From: a virus
Taxonomy: Duplodnaviria; Caudoviricetes
Reading direction: 5' to 3' (one strand)
Length of the DNA: 39,770 bases
Virus record (IMG/VR): IMGVR_UViG_3300031954_000029
Location: 1 to 39,770 of that record
Shown here: positions 26,325-34,455 of the stretch, one piece after another
Layout of the letters: each line of letters opens with the position of its first letter
Numbering within the stretch: position 1 is the first letter of the stretch
Translations under genes and position numbers: made by a program
The notes under the pieces: model-generated
What the model was told of the DNA's origin: nothing
The model's input: only the letters and a program-made list of their open reading frames with translations
Databases searched by the model: none

Positions 26325-27357
26325 GGTAAACGCGGTCTTTCTCTATCAGTTGGAGGTGGTCTGGGCCTTTGATGTGAGCCGACACAGTGGTCTCACGGTA
26401 GTTGCCGTGCTTGTCAATCCAGCGGCGCTTGTGCTCTCGCACTCGCCAGCGGTGGCTCCAGATGACAGTCTGGGGGACGTGGTCTGGATCAGTGTGTTGG
26501 GGTGGCCGGTCGACGGGCCGTAGCTCCACGACAGTCACCTCTGACAGCGGACTGTTGGCCCGCTTGAGCCGCTTCCGCATGGGCCGGTCAGCCGGCATGC
26601 GGAAGGGGATCTGCTCCTGCACGAACTCCCAGAGGGAGAGCAGGAAGGCGTTGAATCGGTTGAGGGAGAAGGCGTAGCTCTCCCGGTGTCGGTCGTAGTC
26701 TTCCCTGGCTCCTGGCAACTGGCCGGCGTCGCCATGGAACTCCACCGTTTCGGCGGTGCTGCCGATGTCCTCGATGGTCAGGTTCTGAACCTTGGTTCCC
26801 CACTCCCACTGGGTGATGTGCAGGAGGGGCAGCCCTCCGGTGAGGTTGACCACCTCTTCCTTGCTCGACTGGGCGTACTCCTTCTGATTGACCTCATCCA
26901 GTTCGTCGTAGGCATCGGAGAACTCGGAGATGATTACTGCTCCCCGCTCTTCGGACCAAAGGATGGCCTTGATCGAAGTCACCTTGCCGCGGGCGTCGAG
27001 GATGTGCAGCGGTCGCTCCAGGTAGATGAAACCGCGGGGGCAGGGGAGATCCTGGGGGAGGATTACCTCGTGCTCGTGGGCCTCGTAGGCGTCGGTGAAG
27101 TCCCAGAGGCGGGAGATGATCTCCCGTCGCACGTAGAAAGTCTCGGCGCTGTCGAGCCGGCTGGTCAGGTACTTGTCGACCTTCCACGGCTTGCCTCGCC
27201 GCCCGGTCTGGGGGTCGTAGTCCCGCATGTGAGCGTGCTTGTCGACCATGCCCTGGAAGGTATGGATGAACCCACCGCGGTATTGGCTGCGCTCCCACCA
27301 GCGACAGAGCTTGACCTGTTCCTCCAGGACATCGATAGGTCTATACACCGTACTCAT
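26311..27357 (-). CDS. hypothetical phage protein
   Basis: ATG 27357 (MSTVYRP); LP.P.GF.YLE.P; C-terminal HRW.VR.H.R...V..H.KGP motif common in phage proteins. Confidence 0.7.
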   Translation of the reverse strand: MSTVYRPIDVLEEQVKLCRWWERSQYRGGFIHTFQGMVDKHAHMRDYDPQTGRRGKPWKVDKYLTSRLDSAETFYVRREIISRLWDFTDAYEAHEHEVILPQDLPCPRGFIYLERPLHILDARGKVTSIKAILWSEERGAVIISEFSDAYDELDEVNQKEYAQSSKEEVVNLTGGLPLLHITQWEWGTKVQNLTIEDIGSTAETVEFHGDAGQLPGAREDYDRHRESYAFSLNRFNAFLLSLWEFVQEQIPFRMPADRPMRKRLKRANSPLSEVTVVELRPVDRPPQHTDPDHVPQTVIWSHRWRVREHKRRWIDKHGNYRETTVSAHIKGPDHLQLIEKDRVYHVRK

Positions 27358-27443
27358 CGTCGCCCCCTGTAGTGTCTGAGGGCAGCCAGGATGATCCCGG
27401 TGGAGAAGCCGATGACGGCTACGATGATGGCGGTGTCGCTCAC
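27354..27443 (-). CDS. 29-aa single-TM micro-protein
   Basis: Not in ORF track: MSDTAIIVAVIGFSTGIILAALRHYRGRR; GTGA and ATGA overlaps with both neighbours; GGAGG upstream. Confidence 0.7.
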   Translation of the reverse strand: MSDTAIIVAVIGFSTGIILAALRHYRGRR

Positions 27444-27733
27444 GACGCCTCCCTCTCCTGGGCATTCAAGGTGTCGCGGCAGAGCTTGGCTTCCCTGTAG
27501 TTCATGAAGAAGTCGTCGTACTGCTCTTCACCTCTCATGAGGAACCAGCAGGTATAGAAGTGGATCTCGCCACCAGGGCAGAGGTAGCCCTTCGCGCCTG
27601 TGTCAATGGCCCAGCGGCGCTCGTTGCATTCCTCTCGATGGTGCTGAGCATTGCGCCCCAGGCGTACCGGGTGCGGGTTCTCACACCATGTCTGATTGTC
27701 GTCGTCCCGATGGATCTCCCAGAGGTTGCTCAC
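27440..27733 (-). CDS. hypothetical protein
   Basis: GTG 27733 in GTGA overlap; MSNLWEIHRDD. Confidence 0.55.
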   Translation of the reverse strand: MSNLWEIHRDDDNQTWCENPHPVRLGRNAQHHREECNERRWAIDTGAKGYLCPGGEIHFYTCWFLMRGEEQYDDFFMNYREAKLCRDTLNAQEREAS

Positions 27734-28182
27734 GGCCACACCGCCTGGGGGCGAGCCTCGATCAGCTTGAGGCGGTCCTTGTCGAAGGGCACCCACACCG
27801 GCTGGCCGGTGCGCTCGCACTCTTCCAGCACCCGGTAGTAGCGGTCGTACTGCCGGCGGAAGTAGCTCCGCTTGACGAGGTACCACACCGCCAGGAAGGG
27901 CAGGATCAGGATGGTGAAGACCCAGGTGACCCCGGTGAAGAGGGGGCCGATGGCGCTATTGACCAGGAAGCTGGGGTACCACTGCTCCCAGCGGACCTTG
28001 GCCTCGTACATGAGGCCCTGGGCACCCCAGGGGTCCATGTAGCGGCCCAGGACGGCCTTGCCGTTGATCTGGCGGTAGGAGGGAGCGGGCGGGTCCATGT
28101 CCCCCCGCACGTCCAGCCAGTAGTCCTGGCTGGAGTGGAGGAAGTCCCGGTACAGGTCTTGTGGTAGTTGCTGCTTTGCCAT
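27730..28182 (-). CDS. membrane protein, leaderless
   Basis: Hydrophobic segment FTGVTWVFTILILPFLAVWYLV; TGA-TACCTT 6 nt before ATG. Confidence 0.65.
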   Translation of the reverse strand: MAKQQLPQDLYRDFLHSSQDYWLDVRGDMDPPAPSYRQINGKAVLGRYMDPWGAQGLMYEAKVRWEQWYPSFLVNSAIGPLFTGVTWVFTILILPFLAVWYLVKRSYFRRQYDRYYRVLEECERTGQPVWVPFDKDRLKLIEARPQAVWP

Positions 28183-28224
28183 GTCTCTAAGGTATCACAT
28201 CTCGACAGGTATACGTGAGCATTT

Positions 28225-29286
28225 CTATGCTGCATCCTCACCGTCGAGGAAGGATGTGACCTCAGTCCAGCGGTCGGATGCCTTCTTCAGCACCGCCTTC
28301 TCCTGGCTTTCCTTGGCTTCAGCCGCCCGCCACTTGTCGGGGTCGCGGAAGGACTCCACCGACGCGGTGATCAGCGCGGCCAGGGTGGCCGGGTCCAGGG
28401 CGTCTAGCTCCCAGGACTGCTGTCCGAAACGCTGGATGTAGCCGGCGAATCTGGCATCGGTGGTCTTGGCCGGGTTGGGGGGCGGGTTGTACTGCTGCAC
28501 CTGATTCATGTTCAGGGCAATGCGGCTGACGATCAGCGGTGGGACTTGCCCGGTGGTGTCGGGGATCATCAAGTTGTCGTTGATGTGATCCCAGATCTCG
28601 TACTCGTAGCCGTCCCACTCGTCCTTGTCATCCTCATCGAACCAAAAGTCGAGGCCATCCTCGCCCTGGTGCTCGCGGTACCAATCCCTGGTGATGAACA
28701 GTTCCAGTCGCTCGCGGATGTCCCTGGTCATGTCGATACCGGAGGGGTCATGGTCCCCCAGGTGTAGTACCACCACCCGCTGGCCGGCGTTGAGGTACTC
28801 ACGCAGGCGCTGGGCCGCACCCCAGATCTCTGACTGGGATGTGTAACCGCGGCAGGAGAAGTAGTCCACGTCGAGGCCGGGGCACACGGCGTCGAGGACA
28901 CCAACCAGGGCGTCCTTCTCGATCCAGACCTCGATCCGCACGGGCTGGTCTGCCCACTTCTCGATGCGGTACTGCCGGCTCACTGCCTCCACGATCTCGG
29001 CAGGGCTGTTCCAGTGGGGCAGGCTCCGCACGTTGCGAGTGCGGTCCACGATGTAGTCCCAGTCGAGGTAGCCGGCCAGCCTGGCGTCGTTGATGACCCC
29101 GCCCAGTCGTTTGTAGTCCTTGTCAGTGTTGGGGATGAGACCGCGGGCCACAAACTGGTAGTAAAGCTGGCGCAGGGTCAGGTCGAACCCCTGGGCCTGG
29201 TACTGGGCACAGATGGCGTTGGCCTCTCGGATGATCCGCAGTGACTCACCGCGGAACTGCTTGGGCACATAGGTGATGCGGCTCAT
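28225..29286 (-). CDS. TOPRIM-domain protein (Topo VI-A/Spo11-like architecture)
   Basis: LTLRQLYYQFV winged helix; EVWIEKDAL; CRGYTS; HLGDHDPSG; WELDAL. Confidence 0.8.
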   Translation of the reverse strand: MSRITYVPKQFRGESLRIIREANAICAQYQAQGFDLTLRQLYYQFVARGLIPNTDKDYKRLGGVINDARLAGYLDWDYIVDRTRNVRSLPHWNSPAEIVEAVSRQYRIEKWADQPVRIEVWIEKDALVGVLDAVCPGLDVDYFSCRGYTSQSEIWGAAQRLREYLNAGQRVVVLHLGDHDPSGIDMTRDIRERLELFITRDWYREHQGEDGLDFWFDEDDKDEWDGYEYEIWDHINDNLMIPDTTGQVPPLIVSRIALNMNQVQQYNPPPNPAKTTDARFAGYIQRFGQQSWELDALDPATLAALITASVESFRDPDKWRAAEAKESQEKAVLKKASDRWTEVTSFLDGEDAA

Positions 29287-29540
29287 CGGGCTGGCTCTCC
29301 GTCGATGGACACGGTGACGATGATGTCAACGCGCTGGGGTGGATGGTCGTACTTGTCCATGGACCGGATCATGCGGCTGCCGATCCACGCCTTGATGTGG
29401 AGGAACAGGGCATCCACGGCCTCGCCCGACAGGGTGCGGTCAGGCCCGTCACGCTTGATGGCTTCGGGCATGCGCTCAGCTTCAAACGCCATGACGGGGC
29501 CTTCCTGGAGGCACAGGTTGTCCAGGTCAAACTGTTGCAT
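29283..29540 (-). CDS. hypothetical protein
   Basis: ATG 29540 after AAGGGA; ATGA overlap downstream. Confidence 0.55.
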   Translation of the reverse strand: MQQFDLDNLCLQEGPVMAFEAERMPEAIKRDGPDRTLSGEAVDALFLHIKAWIGSRMIRSMDKYDHPPQRVDIIVTVSIDGEPAR

Positions 29541-29760
29541 CGGTCCCTTCCTTGTTCTGTGATCCAGGGATGAAGCGCCGGCCCTTGCCGGCCATGCGGA
29601 CACCGAACTGGTAGCCGCAGCGCAGGCCGCAGAAGAGGTCGTCGTGATAGTCGGCGTTCTCTTCGGCGCGCTCTTGCTCTCGCAGTTCCTGTCCGCACCA
29701 TGCACAGGTGTCGGGCAGGTTGGAGGCCCCGAAGGGCCTCCACTCTGGCTTGCGATTCAT
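29527..29760 (-). CDS. Zn-finger hypothetical protein
   Basis: CAWCG...FCGLRC; ATG 29760. Confidence 0.55.
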   Translation of the reverse strand: MNRKPEWRPFGASNLPDTCAWCGQELREQERAEENADYHDDLFCGLRCGYQFGVRMAGKGRRFIPGSQNKEGTDATV

Positions 29761-29987
29761 GACCGTGCCTTCTCCACTTCCTCCAGGGCACACACAGCGT
29801 GAACTAGGATCCAGCCTGTGTCACGGTTGCCTTCGCGGTAGTAACCGCGGTCGTAGCCGATGGACTCAGCGCAGATGCGGCAGGAGCGTTGGGCATCGGC
29901 GCGGGTGAGGGCGCAGTCGCTGTGGGAGCAGGGGTCCACGCATGGACCCCACTCGCTCCCCGGCTCGGGCAGGTAGCCGGCAGCCAT
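29757..29987 (-). CDS. Cys/His-rich hypothetical protein
   Basis: C...C.H.DC, CRIC...VHAVC; coupled overlaps. Confidence 0.6.
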   Translation of the reverse strand: MAAGYLPEPGSEWGPCVDPCSHSDCALTRADAQRSCRICAESIGYDRGYYREGNRDTGWILVHAVCALEEVEKARS

Positions 29988-30232
29988 TACAGCTTCACTC
30001 CGCGGCTGGCGACGATCTCGACCTTGGCCGTCCTGTCGGCCCCCTCAGCCCAGATCCACTCGACGCTGCCGTCCACGCGGGACACGGTTACGTCGGTAGC
30101 GCCCTGGGGGAGGAGCTTGACGAGGTAGCGGGTAAGGTTGCCGCCCGCCTTCTTCATGTTGGCCTTGGCCTCTTCGACCGTCGAGCCGATGCCCCAGTAG
30201 TTAGGGCAGAGGGCGACGTAGATTCTTTCCAC
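29987..30232 (-). CDS. hypothetical protein
   Basis: GTG 30232 after AAGGAG; WG.G.TVEEAK.N motif. Confidence 0.65.
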   Translation of the reverse strand: MERIYVALCPNYWGIGSTVEEAKANMKKAGGNLTRYLVKLLPQGATDVTVSRVDGSVEWIWAEGADRTAKVEIVASRGVKL

Positions 30233-30276
30233 GCGGGTTCTCCTTGTTGTGGTAGTGGTGTAACCTGTTGACATAC

Positions 30277-30369
30277 ATCTTATCACACATGCATGTGGAA
30301 GCGGCAGCGGATTTTTGTGACGCATGTCACACCGATTCACTCACATGGCACCGCTCGCTCCTGTATACT
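30277..30369. promoter_or_regulatory. divergent promoter region with CRP-family box
   Basis: Minus-strand TGnTAAGAT (hexamer 30282-30277); plus-strand TATACT (30364-30369); TGTGA-N6-TCACA at 30316-30331; palindrome CACATGCATGTG at 30286-30297. Confidence 0.6.
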
Positions 30370-30375
30370 GGAGTC

Positions 30376-30939
30376 ATGGCAACTACCACCACCAAGAAGG
30401 ATGTCATCCGCTTCATCGTGGATGTGCGTCCCAGTAAGTACAGCGACCATGGCCGGCTTGAGGCTGTCGCCTACCCCGTCATCATCGAGGAGGACGGCAA
30501 GATCCGCAACTGCCAGTGGTCTGGACTCGGAGACCGCGGTGCGGATTTCGCAGACCTTCGTGTCGAGGGTTGGGTCGACCGTGACTGCTCCAACAAGGAG
30601 GACTTCTACTGGGGTCTCGGCTGGCACAACGCCGTCGAGTACCGGGAGGTCTTCTCCATTGACGAGCGGCGAGCCGCCAGTATGGCTAAGACTCTGCGGC
30701 GCATCAACAACAAACTCGATGCTCTCAACAAGGAGCGCGGTTATCCCCAGGACTATGCACAGTTCCTCAGCTATCTCGCCATCGCCATGGGTGCCAAGGG
30801 CACCGCGGTCTTTGGCCGGCGGGTGGAAAGCTCGGGTCATGGCTGGAGCTACGACGACAGCGAGTACCGCTGGATGGACATCAACGCTCTGCGCTGCCAC
30901 TTCCAGGGCAAGCTACGAGAATGGAGGGGTGACGATTGA
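30376..30939 (+). CDS. hypothetical protein, probably leaderless
   Basis: TATACT 6 nt before ATG 30376 (MATTTTKKDV). Confidence 0.7.
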   Translation: MATTTTKKDVIRFIVDVRPSKYSDHGRLEAVAYPVIIEEDGKIRNCQWSGLGDRGADFADLRVEGWVDRDCSNKEDFYWGLGWHNAVEYREVFSIDERRAASMAKTLRRINNKLDALNKERGYPQDYAQFLSYLAIAMGAKGTAVFGRRVESSGHGWSYDDSEYRWMDINALRCHFQGKLREWRGDD

Positions 30940-31247
30940 GCACCTACGAAGAGCAGTTCCCCAAGCACCTTGGCCCTCCCCCCATCCCGAATGGGGGGTC
31001 GGTCAAGCTGCACGACAACACCAAGCCCACCTATCTGCTCCAGATCGACAGCGGTGCCTTCATGGCGATGTGGGAGCACATGGAGGCTGAGGCCAAGCAT
31101 CGGTTCCCCACCCATGAGACCTATGCCTTCGCTCGCGCTTACCTGCGGGCCGTCCAGGCCATGCGGGACTGCTACTGGGCCAACCACGAGGCTCCTGACG
31201 CTCCCAAGCCACCTGTCCGCAAGCTGGTCAGGAAGGCGCGCCAGTGA
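30936..31247 (+). CDS. hypothetical protein
   Basis: TTGA overlap, GGAGG upstream. Confidence 0.6.
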   Translation: MSTYEEQFPKHLGPPPIPNGGSVKLHDNTKPTYLLQIDSGAFMAMWEHMEAEAKHRFPTHETYAFARAYLRAVQAMRDCYWANHEAPDAPKPPVRKLVRKARQ

Positions 31248-31528
31248 CCGATCCTGTCACCATCGACACCCCGCACGGCCCGGTCACCATGCCCTGGCCC
31301 CAGGCTGAGGGCATCGCCTACTGCATCGAGCGGTTCGCCGCCCAGGGCAAGGAGAGCACCTGGCATCCCAACGAGTGCGGCTGCTGCTACTCGGTCCACG
31401 AACTCACCCATCACCCGGTCGATGGCTACGTCATCAGCAAGGATGGCGGCATCGACTGGATCGATGTCGACGGTGGGGCACACCCGGTGCCTGGAAAATC
31501 TGGGAGCAAAGAGGTGCCGGCTGAGTAG
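31244..31528 (+). CDS. hypothetical protein
   Basis: GTGA overlap; WHPNECGCC..VH. Confidence 0.6.
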   Translation: MTDPVTIDTPHGPVTMPWPQAEGIAYCIERFAAQGKESTWHPNECGCCYSVHELTHHPVDGYVISKDGGIDWIDVDGGAHPVPGKSGSKEVPAE

Positions 31529-31582
31529 TACCTTAAAGGGATGACGAGCCAACTCGTGCCATCCCCCATCGAACCTAGCCGA

Positions 31583-31843
31583 CTAACCTTCGGGAAGCAC
31601 GTTTTCTAGCATGCCGAGACACGCCTCCAGATGGAGGCGTGTCTCGTATAGCTGGTCTAGCTGGAACTCCCGGTTCCCGCCGGTCTGCCGGTACCGGGAG
31701 AGGGCCTGGCCCATGGACATCAGGGCCACGTCGACCTCGTTGACGATCTCAGCCTCTCTCAGGGAGGCTGAGCGGTCTCTGGCCTTCTTCCAGAAGCCGG
31801 TCTCGCGCCGGTCCCGTCGCCAGGTTTTAAGAGCCGACGCCAC
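31583..31843 (-). CDS. hypothetical helical protein
   Basis: Coupled to the upstream gene; amphipathic helices. Confidence 0.55.
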   Translation of the reverse strand: MASALKTWRRDRRETGFWKKARDRSASLREAEIVNEVDVALMSMGQALSRYRQTGGNREFQLDQLYETRLHLEACLGMLENVLPEG

Positions 31844-32573
31844 TCTTGCCCACCCTCACCAGTATGCGCCTGGATGGTGCCTCTGGCTTGGGTAGCTCGG
31901 TGATGGTGGCAAGCTCGGGCTGCCTCTTCAGCTTGGCCCGCTCCCGGTCGCGCTGACGCTTAGCCTTGGCCCGCTCCAGAGCCTTCTGCTTGGCCCTGTC
32001 AGCCGCCCTGGCTTCCTTTGACCCAGGTGGCAAACCGTCCTTCCGCGGACGCCCACGAGGCCGTACAGGCCCCTCTGGGCGGTTCCTGACACTCCCAGGC
32101 GGCGGTATGGAAAACGCAGTCTTGGTGAAGGCGTGCCGCGGCCCGAACTTGGTCCGAGATCCCGGCGTGTTGAAGTCCAGGGTGGCTGGCCCCTCTCCTG
32201 GGGCCGGCAGGACGTACTGGGGGTTGGGGCGCTGCTGCACCACGACCTTGAAGCTGCTGTCACCCATCAGGGCCAGGGCATCCTCGACATGGACTGGAAG
32301 ACCGTTCGTCGGCCCTACGTTGAACATCGAGTTCGCCCATGCCTTGACATCTTCCTGGGTCTTGATGACCTTGTTCAGGAGGCCCTTCACCCTGATACCT
32401 AGTCGCTCTAGCTCGGGCAGCGTCCGGTCGAACGCTGCCAGTAGCTCCAGGGCGTTCTGGCGCAGCTTGTCGACCTTGGCTGGATCGGAGGAGACCTCCA
32501 TGCCAGGCCAGATGGTGGCGGTGTTCTTGAACCACGTCCAGGTGTCACCGTCGAAGACGGGGATGTAGCCCAT
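31827..32573 (-). CDS. AT-hook-containing basic protein (start uncertain)
   Basis: PRGRPRK AT-hook core followed by a Lys/Arg-rich helix; start could lie further upstream. Confidence 0.55.
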   Translation of the reverse strand: MGYIPVFDGDTWTWFKNTATIWPGMEVSSDPAKVDKLRQNALELLAAFDRTLPELERLGIRVKGLLNKVIKTQEDVKAWANSMFNVGPTNGLPVHVEDALALMGDSSFKVVVQQRPNPQYVLPAPGEGPATLDFNTPGSRTKFGPRHAFTKTAFSIPPPGSVRNRPEGPVRPRGRPRKDGLPPGSKEARAADRAKQKALERAKAKRQRDRERAKLKRQPELATITELPKPEAPSRRILVRVGKSGVGS

Positions 32574-32622
32574 CCTCCCTAGCTTGATCGTTCCGTTGAA
32601 GCCGGTGATTTTTTGCCAAGCC

Positions 32623-32997
32623 TCAGTTCCGTTCAACTCCACGCTCCAGATCAATAGCTCTAGCGGCCACGTCATGCCAGTCTTTCTCCAGGGGAGAGTC
32701 GCTGAGGATACGAGGTTCCTTCCCTCGTAGCCAGACGCCAACCGCGAAAGCGTTGGATTTTTTCCGGAGCATGATACCCAGTCCTCGCCTCCAAGGGGGA
32801 GTGATCTCCCTGGTGACTGCCACCGAGACCGGTCGCTGCCACGGGTTCGGCTGGCCGCGCCAGCGATAGAAGACCCACCAGGAAGAGGTGTTGTCAGGAA
32901 CTGAGGAGGCGTCCGGAAGACTGGGTAGTACCCATCGGTTTTCCTCCGGATCGTCGTAGGCGGGGTCTGGGTGGATCTCCATGCAGAGCCTTGTCAT
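32623..32997 (-). CDS. hypothetical protein
   Basis: GAGG before ATG 32997; T.EI..PWRRG.G..LR motif. Confidence 0.5.
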   Translation of the reverse strand: MTRLCMEIHPDPAYDDPEENRWVLPSLPDASSVPDNTSSWWVFYRWRGQPNPWQRPVSVAVTREITPPWRRGLGIMLRKKSNAFAVGVWLRGKEPRILSDSPLEKDWHDVAARAIDLERGVERN

Positions 32998-33094
32998 TTT
33001 CCTCTAGGGCAGTGTCGATCAGAGCCAAAAGATCGTCAATACGCCCTTTGGTCTCAGCAGCCTTTTTTGCTGGCTCGCACTTCTTCTTCACCAT
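32894..33094 (-). CDS. small protein with Pup-like helix (no C-terminal GGE/GGQ)
   Basis: ATG 33094 after GGGGAG, 2 nt downstream of the KTSC stop; contains DDLLALIDTALEEN versus Pup DDLLDEIDDVLEEN. Confidence 0.5.
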   Translation of the reverse strand: MVKKKCEPAKKAAETKGRIDDLLALIDTALEENDKALHGDPPRPRLRRSGGKPMGTTQSSGRLLSS

Positions 33095-33096
33095 GG

Positions 33097-33630
33097 CTAC
33101 TCCCCGACAATGCTGCCCCAACCACCATGACCGTAGGGATAACCGTTCAACACGGCATTGATGTACTGCCCAGGAGAGCGAACCCGCTTGAACCGGGTCC
33201 AGATACCAGGGGGCACTTGGTCGTAATGCCAGGGAGTTCCATCGCGAAAGATGACCTCCAGCCGGCGTTCGGACTGAGAATAACGGGCCTGGAGTGTCCT
33301 GGGCCGCGGTGGGTTGATCGTCCTGGTGGGCCAGTAATAGTCCCAATCGGGGCTGGGACTGGGGCTGAATGGCCCCTGCATGCCCTTCGCTTCGCCATAG
33401 CCAGGTTCCCAGGGGGCTTCGGCAACATCCTCTGCTACGTCAGGTAGGGGAGATCTCGGAAGTGGCGCTCCCATGGCGCGCTGGTCTCGCACCGATTGTC
33501 GCCGCTGCCTCTCTTCCCGCTCAGTGCGGTAGGAGATGCCCTTTTCCCGGTAGAGTCGCTCGCCTTTTACCTTGGCGAAGCTGACGCCTCGACGGCGCGC
33601 CTCACCCCGCATGGACTCCCCCGCCGGCAT
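33097..33630 (-). CDS. KTSC domain protein
   Basis: ARYSQSERRLEVIFRDG..WHYDQVP..IW.RFK...SPGQYIN. Confidence 0.85.
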   Translation of the reverse strand: MPAGESMRGEARRRGVSFAKVKGERLYREKGISYRTEREERQRRQSVRDQRAMGAPLPRSPLPDVAEDVAEAPWEPGYGEAKGMQGPFSPSPSPDWDYYWPTRTINPPRPRTLQARYSQSERRLEVIFRDGTPWHYDQVPPGIWTRFKRVRSPGQYINAVLNGYPYGHGGWGSIVGE

Positions 33631-33634
33631 GGGC

Positions 33635-33943
33635 CTAAGGAGAAGTCAAGCCGGGGATCGCCGGTCTCATGGTGGGGACTTGCGCCCCGGCGCTGTTGGT
33701 GACGAGTTCCTTCTGGGTCATCCAGCCCCCGAAGGGGTCGACGGCGTTGACCGTCGTCGGGGTGTTGGGGTACGTCGGGATCGAGGTGGCCCCGTTGATG
33801 AGGTCGGTGATCGGTCCCACACCAGGGAAGACGACCCCGGTGACGTATGGCGTGCCAGGCGGGTTGGGGGCAGTCGGCATGGTGCCACCCCCGGTGCCAG
33901 CCGAGTTCTGAGCGGTCCACGCGCGCCAATCCGCGACACCCAT
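33635..33943 (-). CDS. hypothetical Pro/Thr/Gly-rich protein
   Basis: AGAGAGG RBS; ATG 33943 (or GTG 33952). Confidence 0.55.
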   Translation of the reverse strand: MGVADWRAWTAQNSAGTGGGTMPTAPNPPGTPYVTGVVFPGVGPITDLINGATSIPTYPNTPTTVNAVDPFGGWMTQKELVTNSAGAQVPTMRPAIPGLTSP

Positions 33944-33995
33944 GTCAGTCACCTCTCTTCAGAAGGTTCATAGCTCCAGGTTAGGCTGAGGGTGC

Positions 33996-34023
33996 AGGAG
34001 GGCCAGTGTCACCTGGCCCTCCT
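33996..34023. terminator. 11-bp perfect hairpin
   Basis: AGGAGGGCCAG-TGTCAC-CTGGCCCTCCT, downstream of minus gene 34062..34400. Confidence 0.6.
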
Positions 34024-34061
34024 ACGAAGAAGAGGCTGCTCAGGCGTACAACCGGGCTGCT

Positions 34062-34400
34062 CTAGCCGTCTGGGGCGAGTTCGCCCTCCTCAACGAGGTT
34101 TGATCCTTCCTTCACTCGCATCACGGGTGTGCCCTTTTCTTGGGCCAGTCTTGCTCGCACGAGGTATAGCTCCTGGAGCACCTCGTCAATGAGGTCGATC
34201 TGCCGGCCCCGGTCTTCCTCTGCCTTCACCTCGCCCAGGTCGACCAAGACCTGATCGAGGCGGTGCTGCCAGGAGCGGATCGGTGTCCTGGCCTTGGTGG
34301 CCGGCGTCTGATGGTTCAGGTTGAAGTGGGCCTGCACGTCGGCTTCGACCGCGGTGTTGCAGAGGTAGCACCAGCCGGTCGTCACCTGGGTTTCAGACAC
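34062..34400 (-). CDS. C2H2-like Zn-finger protein, leaderless
   Basis: GTG 34400 is 7 nt after TAGGCT; CYLC...HFNLNH. Confidence 0.55.
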   Translation of the reverse strand: MSETQVTTGWCYLCNTAVEADVQAHFNLNHQTPATKARTPIRSWQHRLDQVLVDLGEVKAEEDRGRQIDLIDEVLQELYLVRARLAQEKGTPVMRVKEGSNLVEEGELAPDG

Positions 34401-34455
34401 GGCATTCAGCCTAGGTGGCCGTGATGGCGCGACCTGGGGCACCTAGGCTTGAGGC
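34401..34455. promoter_or_regulatory. divergent leaderless promoter pair (CACCTAGGCT inverted repeat)
   Basis: AGCCTAGGTG (34408-34417) and CACCTAGGCT (34440-34449); each TAGGCT lies 6-7 nt from a GTG start. Confidence 0.65.

Noticed and set aside
30936-30960. MSTYEEQF (and MQQF at 29540) as leader members
   Set aside because: They lack the AL/NL core and lie in accessory operons without the shared promoter motif; not counted
31541-31609. 22-aa ORF after TACCTT-6 nt-ATG
   Set aside because: It overlaps a convergent gene and has no recognisable features; may be chance or an antisense promoter
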